Positions 26,045 to 38,951 of a stretch of DNA of 64,000 nucleotides are shown in pieces. This stretch comes from Lytechinus pictus (lineage: Eukaryota): assembly GCF_037042905.1 (NCBI RefSeq), contig NC_087251.1:6264001-6328000 (forward strand), in the 5' to 3' direction. Position 1 is the stretch's first letter, and each line of letters begins with the position of its first letter. The position numbers and the translations under genes are program-made. The notes under the pieces are model-generated. The model searched no databases, was not told where the DNA came from, and saw only the letters and a program-made list of their open reading frames with translations.

Positions 26045-26827
26045 TTGCTATGGGCAAATGAAAAGTCAATTGCAAGTGCGTAAACAGTGTGCATTGCCAC
26101 CATCGTCTGTTCTCGACGGCAAAAATGAGCATTGAAATGCTTTTCCTCAGCAAATTAGTTCATCTTAGTGAAAAAAATTAGGCCCTGTGTTTTTTATATT
26201 TAAATTTACTTATGTGGGATGAAGTGTCTTACCTTCATGTGGTATCGAAAGTGACGTTTGGAGGTTAAATCCACGAGAAATCCACAGAGTTTCGTCGCGT
26301 GTATTCGCTATGGAGAAAAATGCGTGCGATCGCATGCGTTATTGCAAGCTCGAGACGGCGCTGTTGAACTTGGTCTGGAAATTCATAAAAAATAAACAAA
26401 AATCCTTGAGTAGGCTCACAATAAAATCATAAAAAATATGCTTTATGGCTAAAACGGTAGTTCTCTTGCCCACACATATCATACTTGTTGTTGCGTAAGA
26501 AATCCTTTTTTCATGATAAAAATATAGCAATAAATGTTTTAAAAATTATGTTTTCCATATGGAATATGTTTGAAACATCTATATTAGAAGAAAAATGTGT
26601 TTTTTTAATGAATTCAAACTAAAATGAAGTTTATACATGCCTGTACTTTTTCATACTACTCAAAAAACTAAATGGGCCGTCAATCAACGTTGGTTACCTC
26701 GGCAAGTAGGCGTGGTCTATCGTGAAGTTCGCTGGTGACGTACCTTTCTCGCTAGACTTTACTCAGCCGCCGAATTTAATTCATTCTCCGCGCACGTGCA
26801 ACTGCAACTTATTATCGTCACTGCACT

Positions 26828-27302
26828 GCTGGTGTTTGCCGCATTGAGGACAGATGAAACAATTCAGATAGAGTTGCGCGTGTACAATGAGTGAAACAGC
26901 GCGATCGTTTCATGATCGAATGTGACAGTGTGCCTGTCGAGATAAAATTCATATGTCATGTTATTTTCTATCGTGTTTTATGCAACTGCAATTGATTTGT
27001 TATATAATTTTTTCTTTGATATTTCCTGTATATGTATGTATGAATTTTATTTGAAGTGAATGAATCATGCTGGTGTCCTTGCCATTGAGGACAGATGAAG
27101 ATGAAACAACACTGATAGAGTTGTGCGTGTACAAGGAGTGAAACAGCGCGATTGTTTTATGATCGAATGAACAGTGTGCCTGTCGAGATAAAATTTATCT
27201 GTCATGTTATTTTCTATGATGTTTTATACAACTGCAATTAATTTTTTAAAATTATTTTCTGTGATATTTTCCTGTTAATGTATGAATTTTATTTGAAGTG
27301 AA
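26828..27302. repeat. Tandem duplication of a ~240-bp unit
   Basis: GCTGGTGT...CATTGAGGACAGATGAA...GAATTTTATTTGAAGTGAA occurs twice. Confidence 0.8.
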
Positions 27303-28329
27303 TTATTATAAAGATTAATCCAAAACAAACCTAAATAATTGTCGGCTTCATTGTATTCGTGATGAACAAGTTAAGGTATCAAAAAATTATGCTAATTTTT
27401 TTTATTTGAATGACTTTAAGTAAATTGGAATTGAAAAGGACGTTTAGTGTTTCCTGTTCAGTGCAATTTTTGTTTTCTTTTTTTCATTTCACATTCTCGG
27501 GATGCGAACCTCCACTATAATTATAATTAATGAATACCATTATAAACAAAAATATTTGAAAAATAAAGACTCGCAAAAATTTTAATACTAGTGCAACGGT
27601 GATTTTTTTTATTTTGTTGTTTCATTTACTGGAAGGTACGACAGACAAATACCCGGTGTAGATCAAAATTTTGCTAATGGGGGGGGGGGGACTACAATTT
27701 TTCTCCCCGATCTGCGCCGTAAAAAAAAAAAAAAAAAAAAATTCGCACCGCCAGCCAGTAGGAGGGGTTGCCGCCGCCCATAATTGGGTCCGGCACCTGG
27801 ATCTGCCTATAGAATGGATGAGGAATAAGGAAAGGGGAGACAAATAAAGGTCCCCCCTCCCGTAATATATCAAATATTTGTTAGTGGATTTTGTCGTTCA
27901 TTCTCAAGTGAGGACTTATTTTTCAACTTTTCCAAGGAATTTTGTGTATGGAATGATTTTTTCCTAGCATACTAGGTCTTGAATGCCCCCACTTTGGAAA
28001 ATCCTGGATCAGCCCCTGTCAAAGTGTATATAGATGAAACTAAACTTGAATAGGGCTCCACATGAATGATTTTCAAAATTTAGCCATTTCCTATTTTCCC
28101 CGTTTAACACTGTGAGGTGAATAATTCAAATGCTTTCACCATCGCTACCATAGAAGGATCCAGGGGGCGGTCACCCCCCCCCCCCCCTGTTGGCGGATTA
28201 AAGACCAAAAAATTGAGAAAGGAAGAAGAAACAGAAGGAAAAGAGAGTGGAAAAGGAAGAGGGGAAAAGGGAGGGAGAAAAGTGAATAAAATTAGGGAGG
28301 GGAGACTTTGATGATTTAAAAGAACATGC

Positions 28330-31300
28330 AAAATTGAAATTTTCGCTCGCGCTTCGCACTCGCATTGCTCATTTTCGATGAGTACATAATTATTGCTCAA
28401 TAGGCTGATATATATGAGCTTGACATTTAAGCTTTGCAGTCAAAATACAAAACATATACTGTACGGTCAGCTAGGACATTGAACTTTCATTATTCTTTTT
28501 TATTTATACCTCGGTCACATTTGCTCTGCGGCGGCCGTACGGAGAGTCGAAACAGCCGTTTTATTCATTTTTATTCAAACCACCTATATTTAGCTGGCAC
28601 AAAAAATGTTTAAACGACTGTTTTCTACTCGCCGTAGAAAAAGTGTGACCGAGGTATAACGAATCAATAAAAAAGTGCTTTGTAAAATATTCGTTTTATG
28701 ATCTGAGTATCAACATTTTTAGCTCACGCTGTGCCCTAGCATTATTTCATTTGTGGAGTACCTATCCTCTTCATGTAGGCCCTATTCCATAAATTTATCA
28801 AAATATAACTTTTTAAGGTCTGATTGTCAAATCTTATCAGCTAGCATTGCACGCACGTGCTTAAATTGGTGAGTTATGTATACCTAAAATATATATAAAT
28901 CAAAGTACTTAAAATCGCCTTTTCATGACAGTTTTTTGAGTTAATAATAAGTTTATTAAATTAAAAATTTGCTCGCAATTGCCGTTCGCATTAATTTCTA
29001 AAAGTACGTTACCGGTAATTTATGCATCATATTCATAATTACAAAAGTGCTTATAATGTCCAGTGTTAACACTTTAATATCAACAAATTTAGAGCTCTCA
29101 TTAGGCTTATTAGATTAGTAAATAAGATATTAATAACATTTCATTAATTCCTAATACCGTAATTAAGTTGTCACTTTTTCAAAATGGAAGATCGACATGT
29201 TTCTTTTTGCGCTTGGGAAGAGGAATCGGAAGACATTCATAATTATGATGAAAAAATGTCCTTAGAATGTCCCGGTCCTAGGCCAGAATAACTTCAGCTC
29301 ATGCTTTGCATTCGCCTCATTTTTTAAGAGCAATCCATGTCCACTTTACGATTATTTTCCTGCACAGTGCAGTGCTTAATTTGACCTTTTCACATCGGAA
29401 TATCCAATATTATCAGTTCGCGCTTCGCGCTCGCATTATTGATTTTCCGTGATAAAAAGTGTATTAAGAATGCACAAATTCTAGAACACGCATGTTTATT
29501 GAGACGGGCTGCTTATCCTTTATTGAAAACAGCATGCTTAAATTATCTCGCTTCAGATTAGAATATAAAAAAATTTCTTCTCGCTCTTGCATTATAAAAT
29601 AATGTAAGACGGTAACCAATTACCCACCCTTTTCACGATTTAGAAAACATAAATATAAAATAGTGTTCCTTTTTAGGTCTATATATCTCAATTGTTATCC
29701 GCTCACGCTTCGTGCTCCCACTGTGTTCTGTTCATACACAAAGTGCTTGGAATGTCTATTTTTATGGTCAGAATTTCAAAAATTTTAGCTCGAGCTTTGC
29801 GCTCGCATTATTTTGATTGAAATATGCATCGTCTTCTTGGCTAACTGTAAACCGCCATTAGCAAGTCCCTTTTCGATCAGGCCAGAACGTATATTTTTCT
29901 CTTTTCTTACTTACTTTTTTTTTTGCTCCTTCGCGCTCGCAGCAATTTTAGTAAAATACGCATCTTGTTCCATTTCACAAACATTGCCCAGAATGTTCAA
30001 TTTTGAGGATAAAAAACATGAAATTTCAAAAATATTTTAGCTCGCGCTTCGCACTTGCACTATAGGGGCTATGAGATTATTGTATATTGTGTTTTGTGTA
30101 TGCTGTTTAATGAGAATAAAGAAGTGACTGTTTGGACTACCCCTATTAACTTTGAGCGGCTGATTGTGGAAAATACGGGTGCAAATATTTTTCGGCCCCT
30201 TCCCCGGTTTATTTCCAATTTGTCTAATTGCCAACTCGTCTACTATCGTTTGGTCCATCAGTTCGTCAACTCACCAAATAGTCTTTTTTTTTCATTTAGT
30301 CTAATGCCATTCCGTCTAATGACCAGTGGACCCAAAAGCCATTTGGTCCATATACCATTTCATCTAATTGGACTATAAGTGTATTATTGTGCAAAATGAA
30401 TGAAAATAAAATGGGTATTAGACCAACCGGTTATGAGACTAAATGGTCATAGACGAGATGGTTATTAGACGAAGTGATGATTGGACCAAATGGTTAATGG
30501 ACCAATGGCTGTTAGACGAAATGTTGATGGACAGATTGGCATTAGACTAAATGAAAGTAGACCATGTAATGAGTGGACAAGTTGGCCGCAGACGAATTGG
30601 CACCCCCCCTATTGGCGATAGATCCGCCCATGCACTACTACTTCTTTCTTATCTCATTATGATCTCTCAGTTCCATATCCCCCCTCTCTCTCACTTTTTC
30701 TACGAGGACTCTTTTATCGTATGCATATCTTCCTTCGATTTCCTCCCCCCTCTCTCTTTCCCTCTCCTGACTGCTGTTCCTTTATAGTTAATTCCCCTCT
30801 TTTCTCTCAAACCCCCTTTCTGTCTCAACATCTTTGCCCCCCCCCCTCGGCATCTCTCCCATTCGTGAATTTCATTCAATTATTCTACCCCTTTCAATAT
30901 CTCCAACATGCTTATATACTCATCAATGTGCCATACACACCTTGAGAGAGAAAAAAAAAACCCTCAAGAGATATATGGGCAGAAATAGCATGGGTCAAAG
31001 AAAGAAGCATTAATGGTTCAAGATTATGGGATTCACAGAATTTAATGCATATGTAGAGTAAATACATGGTTATAATGTAGTAACATATTGATAATGGCAG
31101 TTAAAAGGAGGGTAATCCTTGTGACTTGGCCTTATAAAAATTTTGGCTCGCGACTTGCGCTCGCATAAACGGTTAAAAATATTACCTGATACATCATATT
31201 CATAATTACAAAAGTGCTTGAAATTTCCAGTTTTCATACCATGTTATCAGATTTCGCGCCTCATTAGGCATTTATAGATCAGATATTAATTTTAATGGCT

Positions 31301-32290
31301 AAATTGTCCTTTCTGTTTCATCTCGCTCTTAGCAAGAGGAATAGGAAGATATTCATCACTTTCATGTCCCGGTCCTTTGTCAAATATATCAGCTCTTTAT
31401 TAAGTGCGATCCAAATCCACCTCACAAAGAACTTGAGCTGAAATTGACCCCTTTTTCAGATCAGAATGTCAAATATTTTAAGGTCGCGCTTCGCGCTCGC
31501 TTTGATTTTCAATTTCATGTTAAAATATATATTCAGAATGCCTAGATTGTAGGCCTAAATCGGAAACACGCGAGCGCATGTCTATCTAGATACTCAACTT
31601 GTTAGTATTTCAACCATTATCCAGTTTCTGAAAAACAAAATTCTGCTAGCGCTTTGTGCTTGCATTTTTTATGTAGGAAGAACCCCTATTACTCATCCTT
31701 ATTATACAAAACAGGAATAGAGTGTCCCATTTTTTAGGTCTAAATGTCAATTTTTTTCCGCTCGCGCTTCGCGCTCGCATTAATTGTTTTATAACGACGA
31801 TCCTGTTCATGGTCACAATAATTGATTAAAATTGTCCATTCTTTATGTAGAAGTGTAAAAAAAAAAATCGGCTCGCGCTTGCATTATTTTATTGTTGAAA
31901 TATGTAACGTCTCCATGGCTAAGTGAAATAAGCACTCCTTAACAGGTACCTTTTTGATCAGTTCAAAACGTATACAAAAATCTTATGCTCGCGCTAATTT
32001 GCGCGAGCATTATTAAAGTAACAAAGATCGGCAATTTGACATCCTTTCCATGATGATTTAAAAGACATGACTAGACATGTCTCGTTTTTAGGTCTAAATC
32101 TTCCAATTTTGTGCTCGCGCTTCGCATCAATTGCTAATTGCAAAGTGCCTATGATTTCAATTCTGTTCGCACTTCGCGTTCTTAGTAATTATTTAGTTGC
32201 ATACACATCTTTTTCATGATAAACATTGCCCAGAAATTTCAAACTTTGGGGAAAAAACATATTTTTTAAAATAAATTAGCTCGCACTATA
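28330..32290. repeat. Degenerate tandem array of ~65-80-bp units centred on GCTCGCGCTTCGCGCTCGCATT
   Basis: Motif recurs dozens of times; also at 5220-5800 (inverted), 35500-36420 and 37190-38080. Confidence 0.75.
28504..28659. mobile_element. Small MITE
   Basis: TIR TTATACCTCGGTCACA / TGTGACCGAGGTATAA. Confidence 0.6.
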
Positions 32291-33409
32291 TAAAAAGGGT
32301 TATGATATTATATATTTATGTTGATTTATAAGACAAAAGCTAAGAAGTGACATTTCTTCAAAGAAGGCCGATTGGGGAAAAATAATGGTGAAAAAAAATT
32401 TGCCCCCCCCCCCCTTTGGCGAAAGCTGGATCCACCCCTTCATCCTATTTATTTCTCTCCTTCCGTCCATCTCTCCATTCTTCCAGGAGCCGCGGAATAG
32501 TTTTGAAAAATGTTTTTTCAAAACTTTTTTTTTTGTATTTCTACCAATAAATTAATGAAAATAATGCGGTACAAAAATCAATGTCATTCTTCTTCCTGTT
32601 TTAAACTATATACGTGTACAAAAAACGCACCACCAGCTAAAAAAAAACAAAAAAAACTTGGGGGTCACAACCCGAGCACCCCACTTCCCAGGGCCATATA
32701 CAAGGATTCTAATTTATTAATTTTAACGAAAGCATGAGACATCATTTGTTGAAAAAAAATTAAAGAGAGCTATTAATGACTGCATGTGGTCCTACCGGTA
32801 CGCTAGATCTGCGCACAAAACTGCTTTCATATGACACGCAAAAGGGATAAATCTTCGTGGAAAAGTGGGATAAAGCAAACAGGATTTAGAAACTGCCTTC
32901 GTTGGCGTTCAATAATATGGGTGGTATGATACAAATTCTGCTAGCTTATTCGTACTATTATTTTTGGCCATTGTACTTAGATCTATATTTTAATGTGGAA
33001 ACATTTTTAAATTTTTTTTATGATACAAATCGAGCGAGGCAAGTACAATGATATGGGGCAGAGTTCCAAGTCTTCATGCCCCAGACTGAATATATTTTGA
33101 CATCAACTTACTCCAAAAACAAGTGTTATGTTTTATTTTGTATTATTCATTTTTTAAGTATAAGGTAAAATTATAAGTCTCGGAGTGTCAGTTAATGCTG
33201 CAAAAGATGTATAAGGCCTACTCTTTTGCAGCACTATCCAGCTACCGCGGCGAGGACGCCCTCCGAGAAGGTAGCCATATCAAAACTAAAAACAAAAAAT
33301 TCCACTTAGATTACTGGTGGATCCAAGGGGCATAATTATCGAGAGCCAAATTTGTAATTTGTAACATAAACATGCCCTTTTTACCCAAGCATGCCCCTTG
33401 AAAGTGAGG

Positions 33410-33441
<32 letters not shown>

Positions 33442-34627
33442 TATATAGGCCCTATTTTTTTTGCTTGTCAATTTTTAGGGACGAAATGACTTTGAATTTT
33501 TGGTAAAAACATTTTGTAATGCTTATCAAATTTGCATCGGGAAAATGTGCCCTCCATAGGCCCTGTCCCCCCTAAATCTGAGGTTGGGACCATTGGCAAC
33601 GGAAAGCAAAAATTTAGGGGAGGGGGACCACCAAAATTTTGTGACAAGCCCCCCCCCCCCCAAAAAAAAAGGTTTATCAACCAAATTTTAGGGGAGACCC
33701 CATGAAATTTTTAGGGGGGTCCACTGAAATTTAGGGGGCACGCAGGAAAAAAAATTGACAAGCAAAAAAAAAAGGTTATCGACAAAAAAATTAGGAGGGG
33801 GGGGGGCGATTGTCCCCCACCTCAAATTTAGGGGAGACACGACCCCCCCCCCGCTGCCTATGGGGGGACGTTGTTACCTTTTTTGGGGGCTAAATTTTTT
33901 TTTTTCGGTCCCCCTTTGATAACCTTTTTTTGTCAAAAATTTTGGTGCCCCCCCCTAAATTTTTTTGATTGCCGCCGCTAATAGTGCCCTCCCCCCTTTG
34001 GAAAATCCTGGACCCTCCCTTGCCTAGATATAGATGTTTAAAGAATTTATTATTTTGAAAGTCAGTGCCCCCGCCCCCCATGCTTTAGTTATCATGGCAT
34101 AAAACTTATGTCATATCTAATCCTTATATCAGCAAGAGGTCAGAGCATACTATCCGTCACCAAACGACTGCATTTGAGCCATTTTTTTTTCTCTTTTCTC
34201 TTCTTTCTATTTTTTGTTGTTATTTAATCATTGTTTATTTGGATAAGCTCGGATCCGAGACTAACTGGGACGGTGAACGCACTTTCGTTCGAGTTGTGTA
34301 TTTGGGTAACAATAGGCCGAGGCGAGAAAGGACACGCCCACAATCCCTCGTTCAGTGCCGAGCTCTGTGCATACGTGTCGACGAAATTTCAAAATGAAAT
34401 TTGTACACAAATCTGTCACAATTCGGACCCACTTTAGCCTCAGATTAACAGATATTTAGATCTCTTTGGAACACTAAAAGTCATTCACTTGGGGTTTTTT
34501 AATATGCTGATTCAGGTGAGGTACTTTTCAATGCTTTTAAACATAGATTTAAAAAATTAGATTTTCGTTTTGGGATCCCTACTAGTAATACTAATTATAC
34601 TAATAGTATACTCTGTAAAGAGGACTG

Positions 34628-37600
34628 TATGAAGCCCCAAACCGGACATTTTTTACAACGAAAAAAAAAAAATTATTACGTACGTACGTGGTATTATTAC
34701 GTACGTACGTAGTATTATTACGTACGTACGTAGTAATTATTACGTACGTACGTGGTATTAATACGTACGTACGTAGTATTATTACGTACGTACGTAGTAA
34801 TTATTACGTATGTACGTGATATTATTACGTACGTACGTAGTATTATTACGTACGTACGTAGTAATTATTACGTACGTACGTAGTATTTATTACGTACGTA
34901 CGTAGTATTATTACGTACGTACGTAGTATTTATTACGTACGCACGTAATAAGCACCTCGCCAAACCTGTCGAGGAACCTGTATATAGAGTTTGGATTAAT
35001 ATATGGATGTCAAATTTTTCCATTCATTTATTTCGATTTCCCCGCCTTTTGAGGGCTTTTGTGACTCCGGGGTGTGATTACATATTCACATTACAGCACA
35101 TTGAATGATCGCTATGTGAGTTTGCTGGGCAATATGGGGAGAGCGGGGGCGGGGCCGGGTCACCTCTCCCACGTGTGATCGAGCTTCGTAGTCAGTTTAA
35201 TGGCGTGGCAATTTAAGAATCAAAATTAACTATATTGTACGGTCAAAGAAACATCGTCATAAAAATCCACTGGGGCCAGCATAGGCAGATCCAGGTGGTA
35301 AAGGAGCCGCCCCTAGCTCCCCCATTGGCGACGCGAAAAAAGGGGGAAAGAAAGAAAAAAAAGGAAAGGAGGGAAGGGAAAGGAAAGGATTTTAAAAAGA
35401 GGCAAATAAGAATAGGGAGCTAGACGAGTGAATGAAAATAAGGTGAGGGGAAAACTTTGAAAATAAAAAAATCTTGATCATGCAGCTACAGTATATAACA
35501 TTTTTGCTCTTGCTCCGCGCTCTCGTTGCCTGTTATGAGATAGGCCTACATATATCTTGCTCAACAGGCTGAAATGGAGATAAACAAAACATATCCAGCT
35601 CGGACATCGAGCTTTTATTTATTTTGTGTAATTTACTAATTGATTTTTAAGTGCTCTGTATTTTTTTTTTAATGCATGGTCTGCATCTCAAAATATCTCA
35701 GCTCGAGCTTCGCCCTCGCGCATTATTCATGTGGGAAAATAACCATCCTTTTCATGAAAATATGACTAGAGTATATAGGCCTATCCTATTTCGGGATTTA
35801 AATTTCAAACTTTGCGCTCGCATCAATCTGCCTATATCATGTTCATAATTATAAAAAAAAAGGTGCTTAGAAATGTCCAGTTTTTAGGTCCGAATATCAA
35901 TTTTTTTCATTTTTTTTCTCGGGCACTTTAATCTTTAAAAGGGCACCGACAAAAGTTTAAGATTTAGATAGCAGTATAACTAAACAATTTATTGATGCGA
36001 GCGGAAAAAGTTTGAGATCGAGATCTAAAAACTGAATATTTTATTTTTAATTATGAAAAGGATGGTTATCTTCCTTTATGAATAATGCGAGCGCGAAGGA
36101 ATACAAATAATGCAACTAAACAATAATTGATGCGGCGAGCGCAAAGCACGAGCGGAAAAAGTGTGAGATTTAAGAAAACGGGATATTCTATTTTGTTACT
36201 ATATATTTTTTTAACCTAGTTTTTAATTTAATGACAGGCCGAATGAGAACGCGAAATTTTGGAATTCATACAGAAGTATTCTCACTAACCAAAACACGAG
36301 CTCGCAGTGCTAGTTGATATTTTTTTTACAATAAGACCTGAACAAAAGACCATCTTGAGAACTTTATGGAATACACAAAGAAGGACCTAGTTCACGTTTC
36401 AAATAATGCGAGTGCATATCAGACAAAATAATGAATGCTCTATGTCCGAAATGGAATATGTTTGTGTACTGACTTAAAATTGAATATTTTAAGCTCCATA
36501 TCAACCTTTATAAATTGACATGAAAGATTACTTTTTCAAAGTCTTCGACCGCCCCCCTCATTTTATTCACTCGTGACCCGTCTTCATATTTTCTTTTTAC
36601 CCTCTCCTTTCCTTTTTTTTTTCTTTTTGAGTCCCGAAGTTTTCTTATTGCGCCGCCAATAGGGGGAAGGGGGGGGGGCGCTGTCCTTTTCTCTTGGATC
36701 CGCCTTTGCTGACCCCTGCACTTAAAAAAAAATCTTTTAGGATGTTGGTGATAATAGCAATGTTTCTATGAACGTACATTATGCTAATTTTTATGTTCTT
36801 GTTACTCCACAAACTGACTTAGCTCGATCACATAATGTATAAATATTATAATGCCAACACTATTATGGGAGGGGTGACCCCCCCTTAAGTGTCCAGCAGA
36901 TCTATAGTCACAAAAGGTGTGGAAATCGAAAGTATAGTCAAAATCTATAGTCCGACTGTCATTGATCTGTTAAGATTACAGGTTCGACGAGGTGCTTATT
37001 ACGTACGTACGTAATAAATACTACGTACGTACGTATTAATACTACGTACGTACGTGATAATATTACGTACGTACGTAATAATACTACGTACGTACGTGAT
37101 AATACTACGTACGTACGTAATAAATACTACGTACGTACGTAATAATTAAATACTGAATAAATCCCTTTTGTTCAGGTCTGATTGCAAAAATATATCAGCT
37201 AGCACTACGCGCTCGCATTTTGGTTGGTGAGAATACTTCTGTATGAATTCCAAAATTTCGCGTTCTCATTTGGCCTATTATTAAATGAAAAAAAAAATCC
37301 TTTTTATGAATTCATAATCCTTATTGTCTCTTTTTTTAGATCGGAATATCAACAATATTTTCAGCTCGCCCTTAGGTAGAGGAACTAATAATAGTTATCC
37401 TTTTCATATGATGACAAAATGTGCTTAGAATGTCCCGTTTATAGGTTAAATAAATATAGTAACAAAATAGAGTATCCCGTTTTCTTAAATCTCACACTTT
37501 TTCCGCTCGTGCTTTGCGCTCGCCGCATCAATTATTGTTTAGTTGCATATTTTGTATTCCTTCGCGCTCGCATTATTCATAAAGGAAGATAACTATCCTT

Positions 37601-38926
37601 TTCATAATTAAAAATATAATATTCAGTTTTTAGATCTCGATCTCAAACTTTTTCCGCTCGCATCAATAAATTGTTTAGTTATACTGCTATCGAATCTTAA
37701 ACTTTTGTCGGTGCCCTTTTAAAGATTAAAGTGCCCGAAAAAAAGCAAAAAATTGATATTCGGACATAAAAACTGGACATTCTCAGCACTTTTAAAAAAT
37801 AATTATGATCACGATATAGGCAGATTGATGCGTGCGCAAAGTTTGAAATTTCAATCCCAAAATAGAATAGGCTTATATTCTCTAGTCGTATTTTCATGAA
37901 AAGGATATATTTTCCCACATGAATAATGCGCGAGGGCGAAGCTCGAGCTGAGATATTTCGAGATGCAGACCATTAACAAAATACAGAGCACTTAAAAATG
38001 AATTTGTAAATTACACAAAATAAATAAATCTCGATGTCTGAGCTGAATATGTTTTGTTTATCTCCATTTCAGCCTGTTGAGGAAGATATGTAGGCCTATC
38101 TCATAACAGGCAACGAGAGCGCGGAGCAAGAGCAAAAAAATTATATACTATGTAGCTGCATGATCAAGATTTTTTTATTTTCAAAGTTTTCCCCTCACCT
38201 TATTTTCATTCACTCGTCTCCCTATTGTTATTTGCCTCTTTCCTTTCCCTTCCCTCTCCTTTTTTTTTTCTTTCCCCCTCTTTTTGCGTCGCCAATGGAG
38301 GAGGGGCGGCCCCTTTACCACGTAGTGGATCTGCCTATGCTGGCCCCTGGATTTTTATGACGATGTTTCTTTGACCGTACAATATAGTTAATTTTGATTC
38401 TTGCCACGCCACAAACTGACTACAAAGCTCGATCACACGTGGGAGAGGTGACCCCCGCCCCCCGCTCCCCATATCGTCCAGCAAACTCACATAGCGATCA
38501 TTCAATGTGCTGTAATGTGAATATGTAGTCACACCCAGGAGTCACAAAAGGCGGGGAAATCGAAATAAATGAATGGAAAAATTTGACATCCATATATTAA
38601 TCCAAACTCTATATACAGGTTCCTCGACAGGTTTGGCGAGGTGCTTATTACGTACGTACGTAATAAATACTACGTACGTACGTAATAATACTACGTACGT
38701 ACGTAATAAATACTACGTACGTACGTAATAATTACTACGTACGTACGTAATAATACTACGTACGTACGTAATAATACTACGTACGTACGTAATAATACCA
38801 CGTACGTACGTAATAATTACTACGTACGTACGTAATAATACTACGTACGTACGTAATAATACCACGTACGTACGTAATAATATTTTTTTTTTTCGTTGTC
38901 AAAAATGTCCGGTTTGGGGCTTCGTA
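34628..38926. mobile_element. IS3EU-like non-autonomous foldback DNA transposon, 4,299 bp, ~1.7-kb inverted arms, subterminal (TACG)n arrays
   Basis: Ends TATGAAGCCCCAAACCGGACATTTTT / AAAAATGTCCGGTTTGGGGCTTCGTA (TAY...RTA). 6-bp TSD GGACTG (34622-34627, 38927-38932). 34628-~36350 mirrors ~37165-38926. Confidence 0.8.
34672..34950. repeat. Minisatellite, 21-23-bp unit TATTATTACGTACGTACGTAG; related arrays at ~36996-37146 and ~38645-38880
   Basis: Directly visible tandem array with a palindromic ACGTACGTACGT core. Confidence 0.95.
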
Positions 38927-38951
38927 GGACTGTACTCAACAACAGAAGAAG

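Noticed and set aside
34504..34515. ATGCTGATTCAG|GT as MRPL49 exon 1
   Set aside because: Only four codons, and it lies inside the TSD-bounded 24-kb insertion.
34672..34950. TACG arrays as a CRISPR-like array
   Set aside because: No unique spacers, eukaryotic context and no cas genes; they are subterminal minisatellites of a TIR element.
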